64,000 bases of DNA from Antedon mediterranea (taxonomy: Eukaryota > Animalia > Echinodermata): NCBI RefSeq assembly GCF_964355755.1, contig NC_092675.1, positions 2,165,812 to 2,229,811 of the forward strand, in the 5' to 3' direction. The notes beneath the pieces were generated by a model. The model was not told where the DNA came from. It did not search any database and worked only from the letters and a program-made list of their open reading frames with translations. This document shows, in pieces, positions 37,893-49,563 of this stretch; position 1 is the first letter of the stretch, and each line of letters starts with the position of its first letter. Both the position numbers and the translations under genes were made by a program.

Positions 37893-39107
37893 TTAGCATT
37901 CAACCACAGTACTACTTTCAAGGTTTTTAACTTCATTCTTAATCTCCCTCTCTGACATAGTCAACACTCTTAGATTTTTAAACTCGTAACCAGCCTCTTT
38001 CAATGCTTTGTATCGTCTATTAAGTGTGTCCACACTGAAAGAAAACACTCTTGGCTGTTGCTGTATTTGTTGTAGAGTAAAGCCCACTTCTTGAAGCATA
38101 TCGGCTTTAGCCTGTAAAACATGTGGCTGAAAGTTTATAAACTTTGGGTATCTGGTGATTAAAGTCGCAGTGTCTGTATCATCAAGGCTAAATAAATTTT
38201 GAACGAAATCAAACTTTGCTTGAATGTAGTGAGGGTAAACACGTAGTGTTTCTGGACAGTAGCGTACCACAGTGTACAATGCTTTATCAGTGAAGCCGAG
38301 AGATACTAAAAATGCTATGTTCCTGACAATCTCCCCGGGACTCCTGATGAACACCTTTGGACTTGACATGAACATACTCCGAAGCATTTTTCTTTCAATT
38401 TCTTCATCCATTGGAAAATGCACTTTAAGAATATCAAGAATTTGAACACATACAGCTTCGACGCCGTTTCTCTTACGAGAGAAAGTACTCGGATAATAGT
38501 ATAAAATTATTGCTATTTTCTTCCTAGACACTTGAAGATTTTCGGCGTATCTCACATTGCCTTTTATAGTCTCGACAGGAACGCTGAAAAATCGAGGAGC
38601 ACGACTAATAACGTCACAGACTTGCTCATTGGTCAAACAGTATTTCTTTAGTAAGTCTACGTGATCTTTTAGATGATCTAGCGACCGTGATAAAAGCATG
38701 GGTTGTCTTGATACAATGCTCTGAATGGCTTTATCATCGAGATTAAGATTACGGAAAAAGTGAATACTGTTCTGAATTTGATTGAGGTTTTGCTTCATTG
38801 TCGTTGGGCTTTTGTCCTCAATTCGTTTTGTGTCAAACCCCAAGTCATATAGATATGCTTTGGTGGTTTCATTTTTACGTTTTTCTAAATTAGATACATC
38901 TTTGTCAGTTGAATTATTTCGTTGATAGCAAGTCCTATGACAGGACAGTAGCATTCCATTGCTGTTTAATTGTACTGAATGTGTTAAACGAATAATTATA
39001 TTTGTTCGATCACATGCAGTTACGTTCACATTTACAAAATGACAAGATAGTGTTCTTGGATGCAAGAAATGTGCCAAATTTGGCATTAACCTGAATGTTT
39101 TTGACAT
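37893..39107 (-). CDS. Mitochondrial transcription termination factor (mTERF) family protein, intronless CDS, 404 aa
   Basis: Basic N-terminal presequence-like region, then ~30-35-aa mTERF repeats (IVSRQPMLLSRS, VISRAPRFFS, LYYYPSTFS, FMSSPKVFIRS, VVRYCPETL, LITRYPKFI, IQQQPRVFSFS) with LxxLGF turns. Probable 5'UTR intron (donor ~39725). Confidence 0.85.
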   Translation of the reverse strand: MSKTFRLMPNLAHFLHPRTLSCHFVNVNVTACDRTNIIIRLTHSVQLNSNGMLLSCHRTCYQRNNSTDKDVSNLEKRKNETTKAYLYDLGFDTKRIEDKSPTTMKQNLNQIQNSIHFFRNLNLDDKAIQSIVSRQPMLLSRSLDHLKDHVDLLKKYCLTNEQVCDVISRAPRFFSVPVETIKGNVRYAENLQVSRKKIAIILYYYPSTFSRKRNGVEAVCVQILDILKVHFPMDEEIERKMLRSMFMSSPKVFIRSPGEIVRNIAFLVSLGFTDKALYTVVRYCPETLRVYPHYIQAKFDFVQNLFSLDDTDTATLITRYPKFINFQPHVLQAKADMLQEVGFTLQQIQQQPRVFSFSVDTLNRRYKALKEAGYEFKNLRVLTMSEREIKNEVKNLESSTVVEC

Positions 39108-40145
39108 TTTTGGTTCACCACATAGTCATGGTAACTCTAAAAAAGAAAAACAGTAACATTAATAAATGAAAAGACTGTATACCATATTTATCGGAATAAA
39201 TGCCTGATTCGAGGGGAGGGTTTACTAAAAATGATGTTATATGGGGGGGGGGGGGGGTGCGTTTCTTTAATGGAGGTGTTTATTCAAAGAGGAGTATTCT
39301 TTACTCCACCACGGTGAGAATTAAGTACAAGTAACAAATTAATAACATTGTCATTGACTTTGTTATTTTAATGTTGCTGAATACAAAGTTAAACTACTAT
39401 CTAACTGTATAAAATAAAAAATATGTTTAAGGCCCTAGCCTACTAGGCTTAACATTTATAATTCACTTTATAATACTAAATAGTGCAGACAGGACCTGCT
39501 AGTACTAGCCTAGGCCTAGTCTTTTGTTGGATAGAAAACGGGCAAAAGTGCAATATTTCACCGGTAATGAACTAACCAGACGGAGTAGAGGCAGGCCTAC
39601 ACGATCGAGAGCGCTGGGGATTTCCAGGACTGGTACGGTAAAAACACTAGCTAGGCTACTGCAGATAAAACAATTAGGCTTAGGATTGTTTAGGATAAAG
39701 ATATGTATTGTAGACAAACTACTTACATTACAAATCCAATTTGGTGGTTCACATTTTTACCGTAAAACCAAAGATAGTCTAGGTAGGCCTAAACTGTCCG
39801 GCCGACTGGGGTCGTAAATTAAGGCCATGGAGCGTCATAGATGCCTTCATGTAAGTATGGTTCACCAATTAAACTATGAATCTATTGCAAGAATAGATAT
39901 ACATTTGAAAACTATTTTGTTCTTTTGTAAGTTTCCACAAGGGGTGGGTACAAAACTGCATTAGGGCCATGTTAGTATTTGTTAAAAAATAATTGATTTA
40001 CAATTATGGTCTTTCTATACAAAAGGCGTTTCATAAACTTCTGCATAAACTTTAGGTCCAAAAATCCGAGAGAGTGGTGGCGCTCTAGAAATAAACACGT
40101 CGCACAAAAACAACATAACACACAGCATGCAACAAAATGACCAAC

Positions 40146-43100
40146 ATGATGATGTCTAAAATTGAAATAAACTTCACTCGTTTGCTTGCCCAATGTGAAG
40201 TTATGGTTTCAGAAAAGAAACAAGGAGACTGGAGATTAGAAAAGGTAATTTTGCCTACCGAGCCTACGCCTAACTTTACACCAGTAGTACCTAGCTAGCC
40301 CTACCTAGACTTAGGCGGCCTTAGCCTATGCCTAACCCATAATGACATAGATTGGATGGTAGCAGTGGGACGACATTTGGCGCGGCCCGAGACGGTTTGG
40401 CCCATTTAGGAGGTGTCAGCTTTACCATAATATAGGCCTACTCTACATGTATAAATAAGCCTGCTTCAATGATATGGAGTTTATGCCTATTATCTATTTC
40501 TAGCTAGGACTAGAGTCGTTAATAATTGATGATAACGTAATTAACGGTTTTGTTTTACATTCTATGTCCCCCGGAATCTCATCTGTGAGGCCTAGATCTA
40601 TACAATATGGCTAAACTAATATAATGTATACTTATGCATTGGGTTTTTTAATGCTCTCTGTTTTTTTCTTATAGTATGTTAAAGCCTTAGATCAACAATA
40701 TACAGACTTAAAAAAGTCTATTCAGTAAGTGATTGCCTCCGTTAATTATTTTACGAATTAAAATGTTTTAATATTTTATTTTTATTATTATTTTATGTCT
40801 TTAGGCAATGTAGATTACCAATAGTAAATTAATCACTGTTCTATCAGATTAGATAGGTGGTAATTCCCCTGATATAATGAGATGAATGGCGGGAATCCTT
40901 CAAATAAAGATATTCTCTCAATGTTCAGGCCTATAAAACTTTCACTATTTATTTGTCTATTCTTTAAAAAAGTAAACTTTTACTAATATAATAATTACTG
41001 TTAATCGATTAGTTAGGAGACTGAATCAAATTATTTAAAATCACTTAAAAAAACCAAAACCAATCAATCAATCTAATGACAAGAATGTTTTTCGTACATT
41101 GCAGTGTACCAGCTAAAGAGAAACTGATTGAATATGGACAGAAGTTAGACTTTATAAAAGGCATTTTGAATGCTGATAAACTTGTGAGTACTGCAGTAGC
41201 TTATAAATAAAGACAAGAACAAATGTCTGTCTGCTATCAAACGGCATCTCTATATTACAAATTACAGGAGTACGATTGAAATATAGAACTTTCTTTTGCT
41301 AGGAGGTATAAAACAGTAAAGATACCACTTCCAAACTGGATACCCTTTAGATATTGTAATTTCATTGTGAAGTCAATGGTCTTTTTATACATAAATGTTA
41401 ACTTTTTGATGTCATTTTTATATTTTATATTGTAATTTATTTTTAAAAAATGCAGCAATTCAGTATTTGGCTGCAAAGGTATTTTTCTTGTTCAAAAATA
41501 AAGATACCATTCTATTATTATTACTGTTAAGTCAATCAGCTCTCTTTACAAATTACACGTTGGATGAAAATCTTTTGTGCGATTATTTTTCAATACATTT
41601 GTTCCTATAAACAATATGTAATATTTTTATAAATGTTTATGTTTCTGAGAAATTGTTCTATCTCTATCATTAGACCTGTGCTTTGCAAAAGGCGGAAGCC
41701 AGTCAACTGCTTGCCACCTCGTCTGTGCCTACTCTACCAGATTCAACAACAGAAAGAGGAAAGACAACAACAAAAAGACTTCATTTACAAGCTACCTCAC
41801 ATTATACAAATGAGATGAGAAAAGAACTGTTAGGAAATGTAAGTATTACCCCCCTGTAGCATAATACATGGTGTTCATCTGAATGACTGCCCATTGATGT
41901 CCAGATGCAGTACACACTGTACAAATACAAACACCTACCTTGGAGCAATTGGTTCAAACTCAACTGGTTGAGCTGTAACTTGATGGTTAATGTGCTTGCC
42001 TTCCAATCCTAAGGTCTGGGGTTCAATCCATACCTAGTGCCAGGGTTGTAACTCACGACTCTTTCAACTCCACTCCCTAAGCCTCACCATTTCTATCCAT
42101 ATTAAACATGTTAACATTCTGTGAGATACAGTAAAATTCTTCTTCATTTGGTAATCACATTTCTCCAATTTCAATTATGAATTCTTAATGCATTTTAGAA
42201 TGAAGTGTATCTTATAATCTATTAGTTATTTGTATTCTTTTAGAATGTAGATGATGGCTCAAAACAAAACCCGTAAGTCATAAGTTTATTTTGTAACATT
42301 TAAGTAAAGTTACTATTATGTACAGTCTTAATAGTGTTATTTAGTTGTTTTTTTTTTATCTTGTGTGGGTTCGTCCCACTTTTATTATAGTTCTATAAAT
42401 ATAATAATATATGTAAATAAAATAACAGCAGAAAACTTGGTTACTTCATTGTTTTAATCACTACAAATTTGTTTCGTACGACCAGCATGTAGCTGGCCGC
42501 ACTCTAATAATATAATAATAATATATATGTATATATGTATATATGCACATTTATATAATTCTCTTATTTATAAGGTACATTGTTAAAAAAATACATATCT
42601 TTTGAACAGTATATACATAAGACTAAGATTATTTTGATGTTAAAAAGTAACCACATTTATATTCATATACATTTTTTAAAATACAATTAATTAAAATATG
42701 TCGATGGCAATAAAATGACGATAAAAATTGATTTAAAAATTTAGTTTGTGGACGTACCACTGTGGGTTTTTAAATCAATGAATATTTTATATACCTTGCT
42801 GTATATTACGTCATTTAGATACTGATTTTCAGATCTAATGATTTTTTAAATATTTCAATAGTGATGCTAAGATCACTGGTTCTGAAGACCTTGATGACTT
42901 CCTGCAGCAGCATCAAGACAAGCAAGAGAAATTGGCAGAGAACATGATATCATTGGTCAGGAGGTTAAAGAACACAACATCAGCTGCTGGTGAAATAATC
43001 AAGAAAGACAACGAGGTAAGATTTAATTTATTAGTTATTAGAACTAGGTAACTCTCAATTTTGTGATGACCTAGGACCTATGGCTTCATATGGAAGTAGG

Positions 43101-43706
43101 CCTACTATTCGCATACATAATCGATTATGATACTTTAATAAAGTCTTATGGTTTTCGTTCCTTTTCTTGGGCCGCTGCCGCCCTTTGGAACGGTTTACCA
43201 ATCTCTATCCGTCAGGCTACTTCAATCGCTTTTTTTAAAGCTGCTCTGAAACTCACCCTTTTAATTATTTTTTCTCTTAGTTTTTTTTTTCTTTTCCTAA
43301 GTGCACTGGGGCTTTGCATAATGTGCTATATAAGTCCCATTTATTATTATATTCAGTTTTTGGTAAACATTTTGAGAACTCTGTGCCATGCAAAGCATGT
43401 TCATAAATTCCAACCCATTATTTTTCCATTCAATTCATATACATTCATTATTTGATGATATTGAGTTTATAATCTTATTGATTTTATAATTAACGAATTA
43501 AATTGAAATATACTTATTTACGATAGAGATTGGTGAGTACTATTAAACAAGCAGATACAAATACATCACAACTGAAGGTACAGTCTGACAGAATGGAGAA
43601 ACACTCAAAGAAATCATGCAATTGGTGGATGTGGGGAATGCTAGCAATAGTCTTCATGGTATATTTCTGGATGATCATGTTTATACGAATGTTTCCCAAA
43701 AAATAA
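40146..43706 (+). CDS. USE1: Vesicle transport protein USE1 (ER Qc-SNARE), 251 aa
   Basis: Exons 40146-40244, 40675-40724, 41105-41183, 41674-41838, 42244-42272, 42862-43015, 43527-43706. SKIEINFTRLLAQCE...DWRLEKYV, YTNEMRKELLG, QEKLAENMISL...IIKKDNE, C-terminal TM anchor NWWMWGMLAIV...FIRMFPKK. Confidence 0.93.
41970..42045 (+). mobile_element. Degenerate tRNA-like SINE head in USE1 intron 4
   Basis: taacttgatggtta...gccttccaatc...gggttcaatcc: A/B-box remnants and a TCC loop, but stems do not pair like a functional tRNA. Confidence 0.4.
43130..43352 (+). mobile_element. L2/CR1-type LINE 3' terminal fragment in USE1 intron 6
   Basis: Translates KSYGFRSFSWAAAALWNGLPISIRQATSIAFFKAALK (typical ORF2 C-terminus), followed by gctatataagt...tattattat tail. 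Confidence 0.75.
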
Positions 43707-43717
43707 GATCTAGCTAA

Positions 43718-43901
43718 AGGGCCTTTCACACCTGTTTCAACATGGTTCAGGTCCAGTGCTGGAAAATCCAATGTTTCGTTTTCACGACGCGGCTATGCAC
43801 TAATCGATATGCACATAGCCACGTGAAAATGAAACATTTACATTTGATTTGATTTGCCGGGGCCGGACTGCAACCGTGCCAGAACAGATGTGAAAGACCC
43901 T
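43718..43901. mobile_element. Harbinger-like MITE with TAA TSD, 11 bp after the USE1 stop
   Basis: taa|agggcctttcacacctgtt ... aacagatgtgaaagaccct|taa. Confidence 0.7.
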
Positions 43902-44066
43902 TAACTGTGTATGTATAAATATGGAGTTTGATAATAATACATTAATGTTTAAGTTAAGGCTGCTGGCATGCAAACTTTAGGCCTTTCAACTGTACATTTC
44001 AGTGACGATCCAGGGGTGCTTAGGTGTACAAATTGTTAAATGAAGTGCTGAGTTTAACCAACCTAA

Positions 44067-44237
44067 AGCTCTGTCTACACTATCAAATCTAAAGCTCTGT
44101 CTACACTATCAAACCTAAAGCTCTGTCTACACTATCAAACCTTATGTGACCAACATTTGATGTGCCCATATATGGACATGATGATATCATTTCACTACCA
44201 TATCACTACAAACTAGTTTGATAGTGTAGACAGATCT
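44067..44237. mobile_element. MITE family B copy with triplicated left end
   Basis: 26-bp unit a(c/t)ctaaagctctgtctacactatcaa x3 (44061-44138); right TIR ends at 44237. Confidence 0.85.
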
Positions 44238-44726
44238 TAAGTAAATATCACATAAGGGAAGGCCGTGAATATTCATAGGTATTGTGTGTTTTGTGAATAC
44301 AGCCACAGAATCTGCTGCCACCACAGTTATCCATGGTCTGGTGATGCAAAATATGCAAACCGACTGTATTAATTACTGCGTCAGGTTTTTGGCTCTGATA
44401 GAGGGAGTTGGTGACGCAGTTCATTATTGCAGATTTTTTTTTTCAAAATCAAATTCTTCTAACACTCCAGATTTGGTGCTAATACCAAAGAGAGGTTGTG
44501 ATTAAAATAAATTATAATCAAACTGTATAACAACAAACATTACTTTCTTGATCATGATCAATACAAAAATCTTTCTGTCTTTAATAATACAATATGTATG
44601 TATTTTTTTTTCAAATTGAAAAAACCCAATATAGTACTTAGATCCTGATAATGGAAACCTACCATATTGTTTACATTAACAAAGGTAAAGGTATGTTCAC
44701 ACTGATCGTATGAATGTAATGTGTAA

Positions 44727-44863
44727 ATCTCTGTCTATACTATCAAACTTTATGTGACGACACAAAAATGTGCCCATATATGGACAAGATTATGTCATAT
44801 TACTACCATATTTGTGTACGCCACACTTTTTTGTCGAATTACTTTGATAGTGTAGACAGAGCT
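44727..44863. mobile_element. MITE family B full copy
   Basis: atctctgtctatactatcaaact ... tttgatagtgtagacagagct. Confidence 0.8.
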
Positions 44864-46338
44864 TTAGAATACTTCATTTCGGTGTGTGTGTAAATGCTGT
44901 GGCATGAAAAATGGAACCAAATTTTCTCCAGCCACAAAACTGAATCCGGCTTAAGTTTTTCAGGAAAATACGTTAACAGAAAACATGGTTACCAATCAAA
45001 TCAGGCAGGATGTGGAATTCATTCAATTCAGGAATTCACTCAACTTATCAACAAATTGCAATATTTGAGTGTCCATAATTACTAACAGTATAATGCTGTC
45101 ACTAGAAACCAATAAATTACTAGACTGTAAATGTCTGTTTTACAACAGGATAAAGTAAAAAACTTTATTTAACTCCTTGAACTTGGTGCATCGTTATCTA
45201 AAAGGCTGCTAAATTCACAAATACGTCATGCATGCTGCTACAGCTCAAATGACATGTAGGACAACCCTAAATCTGTCAAAGTCATGTAAACTGTGGTTCC
45301 GATGTGTACATCTTATGATAGATTTGTAGATGACAAATCAAGGGTTGACCATAAAATCGCTAACCACTATTCAGTTAAGGTTGTAAAAAAGCTCTCCTAT
45401 TTGTGTAGTTGTTACCTACTGCATAGCAGTAACCCTAGTACTGTATTATGTATACTATTTATTATTTTGTGAGCCGAAACAAATAACAATCGTAAAAATT
45501 AATTGGAAAATCAATATGAAATGTCTGGCCTGGTCTGCCCTCTTATTGCTATGCTTGCTGCCGAAAACCTTAGTGGTAAAACGTGTGTTAATTTTTGAAG
45601 ATGGTTCAATCATGCTGTATAAAAACACTACACAGTGCTAACCCCTATTAAAGGGACACCTACGTGTGGCCAAAAAAAGTTTCTCCTTATTCGGAGTGTT
45701 CTAACGTAAGGATTCTATTGTAGTTATTTACTGATCATGATATCTTAATATTCTTTATGACGAACTTTAATCAATTTTTTCTTCTCTCCATAACAAATAA
45801 GGAATATATTCTAATGCAATTTAAGATCTTGGTTGTTGCAACCACCATGCTATAATTTATTGTATATACGATTGTGAAATAATGATTAAAATAATATTAT
45901 TAAAGAATTATTAAGAATTTATTTGTAAGTCTATTTGTTTTAGAATTTAATTAAATTGGAATTGATACTGTCGGAAACAAATTATCAAATCAAAATAACT
46001 GTCATCAAGAGTGAAAATATTGTAATTTCACTCTTCTCTGCTTTCATTTTACTCATATAAAACTAAACATAGACATACGTTTATACTACTTGCTAAAGCT
46101 GCATATTAAACAGTCAGAGCTTTTTATGTTTAAAATATACTTAATATTATCTCGCCTCCAAACGTTCATTTTTGCGTATTGGAGGATAGGGCTATTTTTT
46201 TAAATAGGGGTGGTCCGAGGATGGTTAAGAGTCTACGAATGGTTCAAATTGGTAGCTGAACCTAAACCTAATGTTATGTCTTTTGCATTAAAATTCTAAA
46301 TTTAGGATGGTGAGCGGTTATGATTGATTGGTTAGTTA

Positions 46339-46516
46339 AGCTTGGTTCCCACTAGAACGTAACGCAAGGACGTAAACGCAACGCAAGCGTTTTAACCAAT
46401 GACAAGCGAAGTTATAGACAGCAATCAAAAGCGAATAAGCCATCGCTTGTGATTGGTCAATTCAATTGCGTTGCGTTACGTCCTTGCGTTGCGTCGCCAG
46501 CAGTGGGAACCACGCT
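46339..46516. mobile_element. MITE family A copy (179-bp consensus, TIR AGC(T/G)TGGTTCCCACTAG, TTA TSD)
   Basis: tta|agcttggttcccactag ... cagtgggaaccacgct|tta; PIF/Harbinger-type 3-bp TWA TSD. Confidence 0.88.
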
Positions 46517-46966
46517 TTATTAAAACTAATGCAACGTCATTTTGGTCTCATAGTATTCATTTCGCCCATTTACTGTTAAGGCCAATTTACACAGACGAGC
46601 GGTGACGGTAAGACAAATAGTATAGAATCTATGTTATTTCTTATGACCGTTTACATACAATTCAGAGCGGACGGGTGGTTTTCGATAGATAGATACAGAT
46701 TCTACGTCTATGTAAACTGGAATCAACACTGGTGGAAACTAGGCTTGTATGACACACCATCTGCAAATTACTTGATTGATTTCCGATAAATTACTTCCAC
46801 CTTCTTTCACAAATTTAATGTCTTCTCGGGAAATTCTGTCTGTCAACCAAATAGAAATGCTAATCAGATTTTTTTTTCAAAGCACCAATCTTTTGGGAAT
46901 CTAACATTGTATCACGTAACTGTCTCATACCTAGTTAGAATATTATGCAACACACTACCAATATAA

Positions 46967-47327
46967 AGCTTGGTTCCCACTAGAACGTAACGCAAGGACG
47001 TAAACGCAACGCAAGCGTTTTAACCAATGACAAGCGAAGTTATAGACAGTTAAGCGTGGTTCCCACTAGCGACCCAACGCAAGGACGTAACGCAACGCAA
47101 GTGAATTGACCAATCACAAGCGATGGCTTATTGGCTTGTGATTGCTAACTGTCTATAACTTCGCTTGTCATTGGTTAAAACGCTTGCGTTGCGTTTACGT
47201 TCTTGCGTTACGTTCTAGTGGGAACCAAGCTTTAGCAATCACAAGCGAATAAGCCATCGCTTGTGATTGGTCAATTCACTTGCGTTGCGTTACGTCCTTG
47301 TGTTGCGTCGCTAGTGGGAACCACGCT
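46967..47327. mobile_element. MITE family A copy containing a second, inverted family A copy (47053-47231)
   Basis: Outer TSD taa/taa; inner TSD tta/tta (47050-52, 47232-34); 361 = 179+179+3. Confidence 0.92.
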
Positions 47328-48177
47328 TAACAAATTGGGGAACAAGGATAGCAGTTAATACGCTGGAAAAGTACAAGATATTCCATGAAGAAGAATGAAG
47401 GTTGTTGTTACAAGAATAGAGAAAGGTCTTCCAAATCATTTGTATATCTCGGCCCAATTATTTTATAGTAATTCACTATGATTGTATGGTAAACATTCAT
47501 TAATTGTAAACGTGACAATGAAGTTTTTTTCTTATCTTTTCTTAAAATAATTTAATTTTTTTTTCTTCAGAAAGTGTTCATGGCGTTTGCATTTTAAAAC
47601 TATCTATAGCAGCTATAATGGACCTTGGACATTAATTGCGTCATCATCGCTTGGAAGTGTCTCCTCCCTATAAAGTCCTAGCACCATACATGTTAGACAG
47701 AAGGCTAACTGCATAACCTACACTTGTATTAGTAGTTGCTGACATCTTATGAGGCTAAACCTTGTTTATTATAATTAGATCTTGATAGATGGTTACATTT
47801 TGACAAGAATCTTGGCACTTATAATGCAATGTCATGCATTCAGATCAATGTCAGAACAGAATTAATAAAATAAGATAAACAGTAAGGATAAATAAACAAT
47901 ATTCATGAACAAATACAATTATTTGATAATTTCAAAATAGTTGGGATTAATGTCAAAACGTACATAAAAAGAACAGTGTTTTATTAAATTTATTTTGTTA
48001 TGATTATGCTGTGATTAAAAATTATTCATTTTGATGTGCCACATTGTTTTTAGCATTACAACATCAACAACCGTTGATTTGATACTGCAATACATACTGT
48101 AATCTCCAATCTCCGTGGCATTCTTTAATTCATCGCAACTATAATATATAGTGCTTTGACGTAGATTGCCACAAAGA

Positions 48178-48345
48178 CTTGATTGATTGATTGATTGATT
48201 TTATTCGATATTCATACATAAAAGTTAAAATATACAATGTATAAAAAGAATACCTGGATAACCCATTAAGTCGAAAAAAAAGTAAACTTATTTCCAATGG
48301 GGTCCAATCCGTAATAACTGAAAAGTGAGTGGTTGGGCCTAGCAC
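48178..48345 (-). mobile_element. Crack/L2-type retroposon 3' end (stem-loop, AATAAA, (ATCA)n tail)
   Basis: Minus strand reads ggaccccattggaaataagt...acttaatgggttatcc...gaataaaatcaatcaatcaatc; same tail type as the LINE at 23405. Confidence 0.55.
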
Positions 48346-49402
48346 AATATATCATTAAGTATAACGCAGTAAAAATGAAAAAAACAAGAAAATACATATA
48401 AGACAAGACATAATAGACGGTGGACATGTTAAAATGTTTGTTGAATGTTCAAATCTGCGTCTTCAATATTGCATACAGAATCTGGACCTAGGGAGGGAAT
48501 GTCCTTATTGTTTGCCTTTTGAAAGCAAAATGAAAAGAAAGGGAAATCAAACTTGTCTTCACTCTCTGTAGCACTACCCTCCGGACCAGGATCCACCTGT
48601 GACAAATACCACACAATTTAACTTTTAAATTCTGCAGTATTACAATGGTCATGTGTGGTTTGTTTGCATCGTACAAAATTGGATTTTTAACTTAACTTTA
48701 CACGACAATCTATTAAAACTGATTTCACTTGATAAGGGAACTTTTGGTACAGGTGGTACTTCAGAATAATCAAGATGTATATCGGAAAGTAATGCAATTT
48801 TTTTAATACTTTATTTCGTATAATTCAATTTGTATTTTTTTAAATTTCTTCTTTATAATAATGGTAGTCAGATCTAGCCTATGGATTATAGAAGCATGCA
48901 CTTTTATTCGGAAGATCAGTAATTTCTTTTATGTGTGTTCAATGACGCCCCGTCAAAAGAAATCAATTTCCCCGAAGCTACTCAGGAAATCCCCTTGTTA
49001 CTTCAAAAGCGGTATGACTTAATCACACACAACACCTTAACCTTTCATTAAGACAAACTAAAAATTCCAGACATATGTTTTGTGAACAATTAAACAAATT
49101 TGAAATATACAAGGTGAAGAAATTATCAAATCAAGAATTGTAACTATCGAACTGCCCTACAGGCATGTTTGCCGTTTCCTTTATTTCACTGCGTTTGTTT
49201 TTAATGGTCGCAGAAATTAATTATGAAAATGTATTAAGTTAAGTAATGTAACATTTTCCAGTTTTGAAGTTACCCCGTGGGCTGTTATATGGTCAAGTTC
49301 ATCACGATCTCTTCCCATTCCTCGTTATTTATTCGTTGTTTTTCATGTTGTTTCATTTTTATTTCACCGTTTTAAGGTCTACACAACATAAGCCGTAGTG
49401 AT

Positions 49403-49563
49403 ATTCGGTTCCCATTTGGATGCAACGCAAGGTTGTAAGTCCACCGCAAGTAATTTGACCAATCACGACGCGATGGATCATCGAAATGTCGCTTTTGATT
49501 GGTCAACTCACGTGCGTTGCTCCTATGTCGATGCGTTGCGTACGTCACAAGGATATCCAACTT
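49403..49563. mobile_element. Old, diverged relative of MITE family A
   Basis: ggttccca...gcaacgcaagg...ttgaccaatcac...tgattggtcaa...tgcgttgcgt shares family A motifs. Confidence 0.55.

Noticed and set aside
41970-42045. Possible tRNA-Gly(TCC) gene
   Set aside because: Acceptor and anticodon stems do not pair properly; treated as a SINE remnant.
44061-44138. CRISPR-like appearance of short direct repeats (also 7539, 55585, 61905)
   Set aside because: Head-to-tail repeats with no unique spacers, a eukaryotic context and no cas genes.
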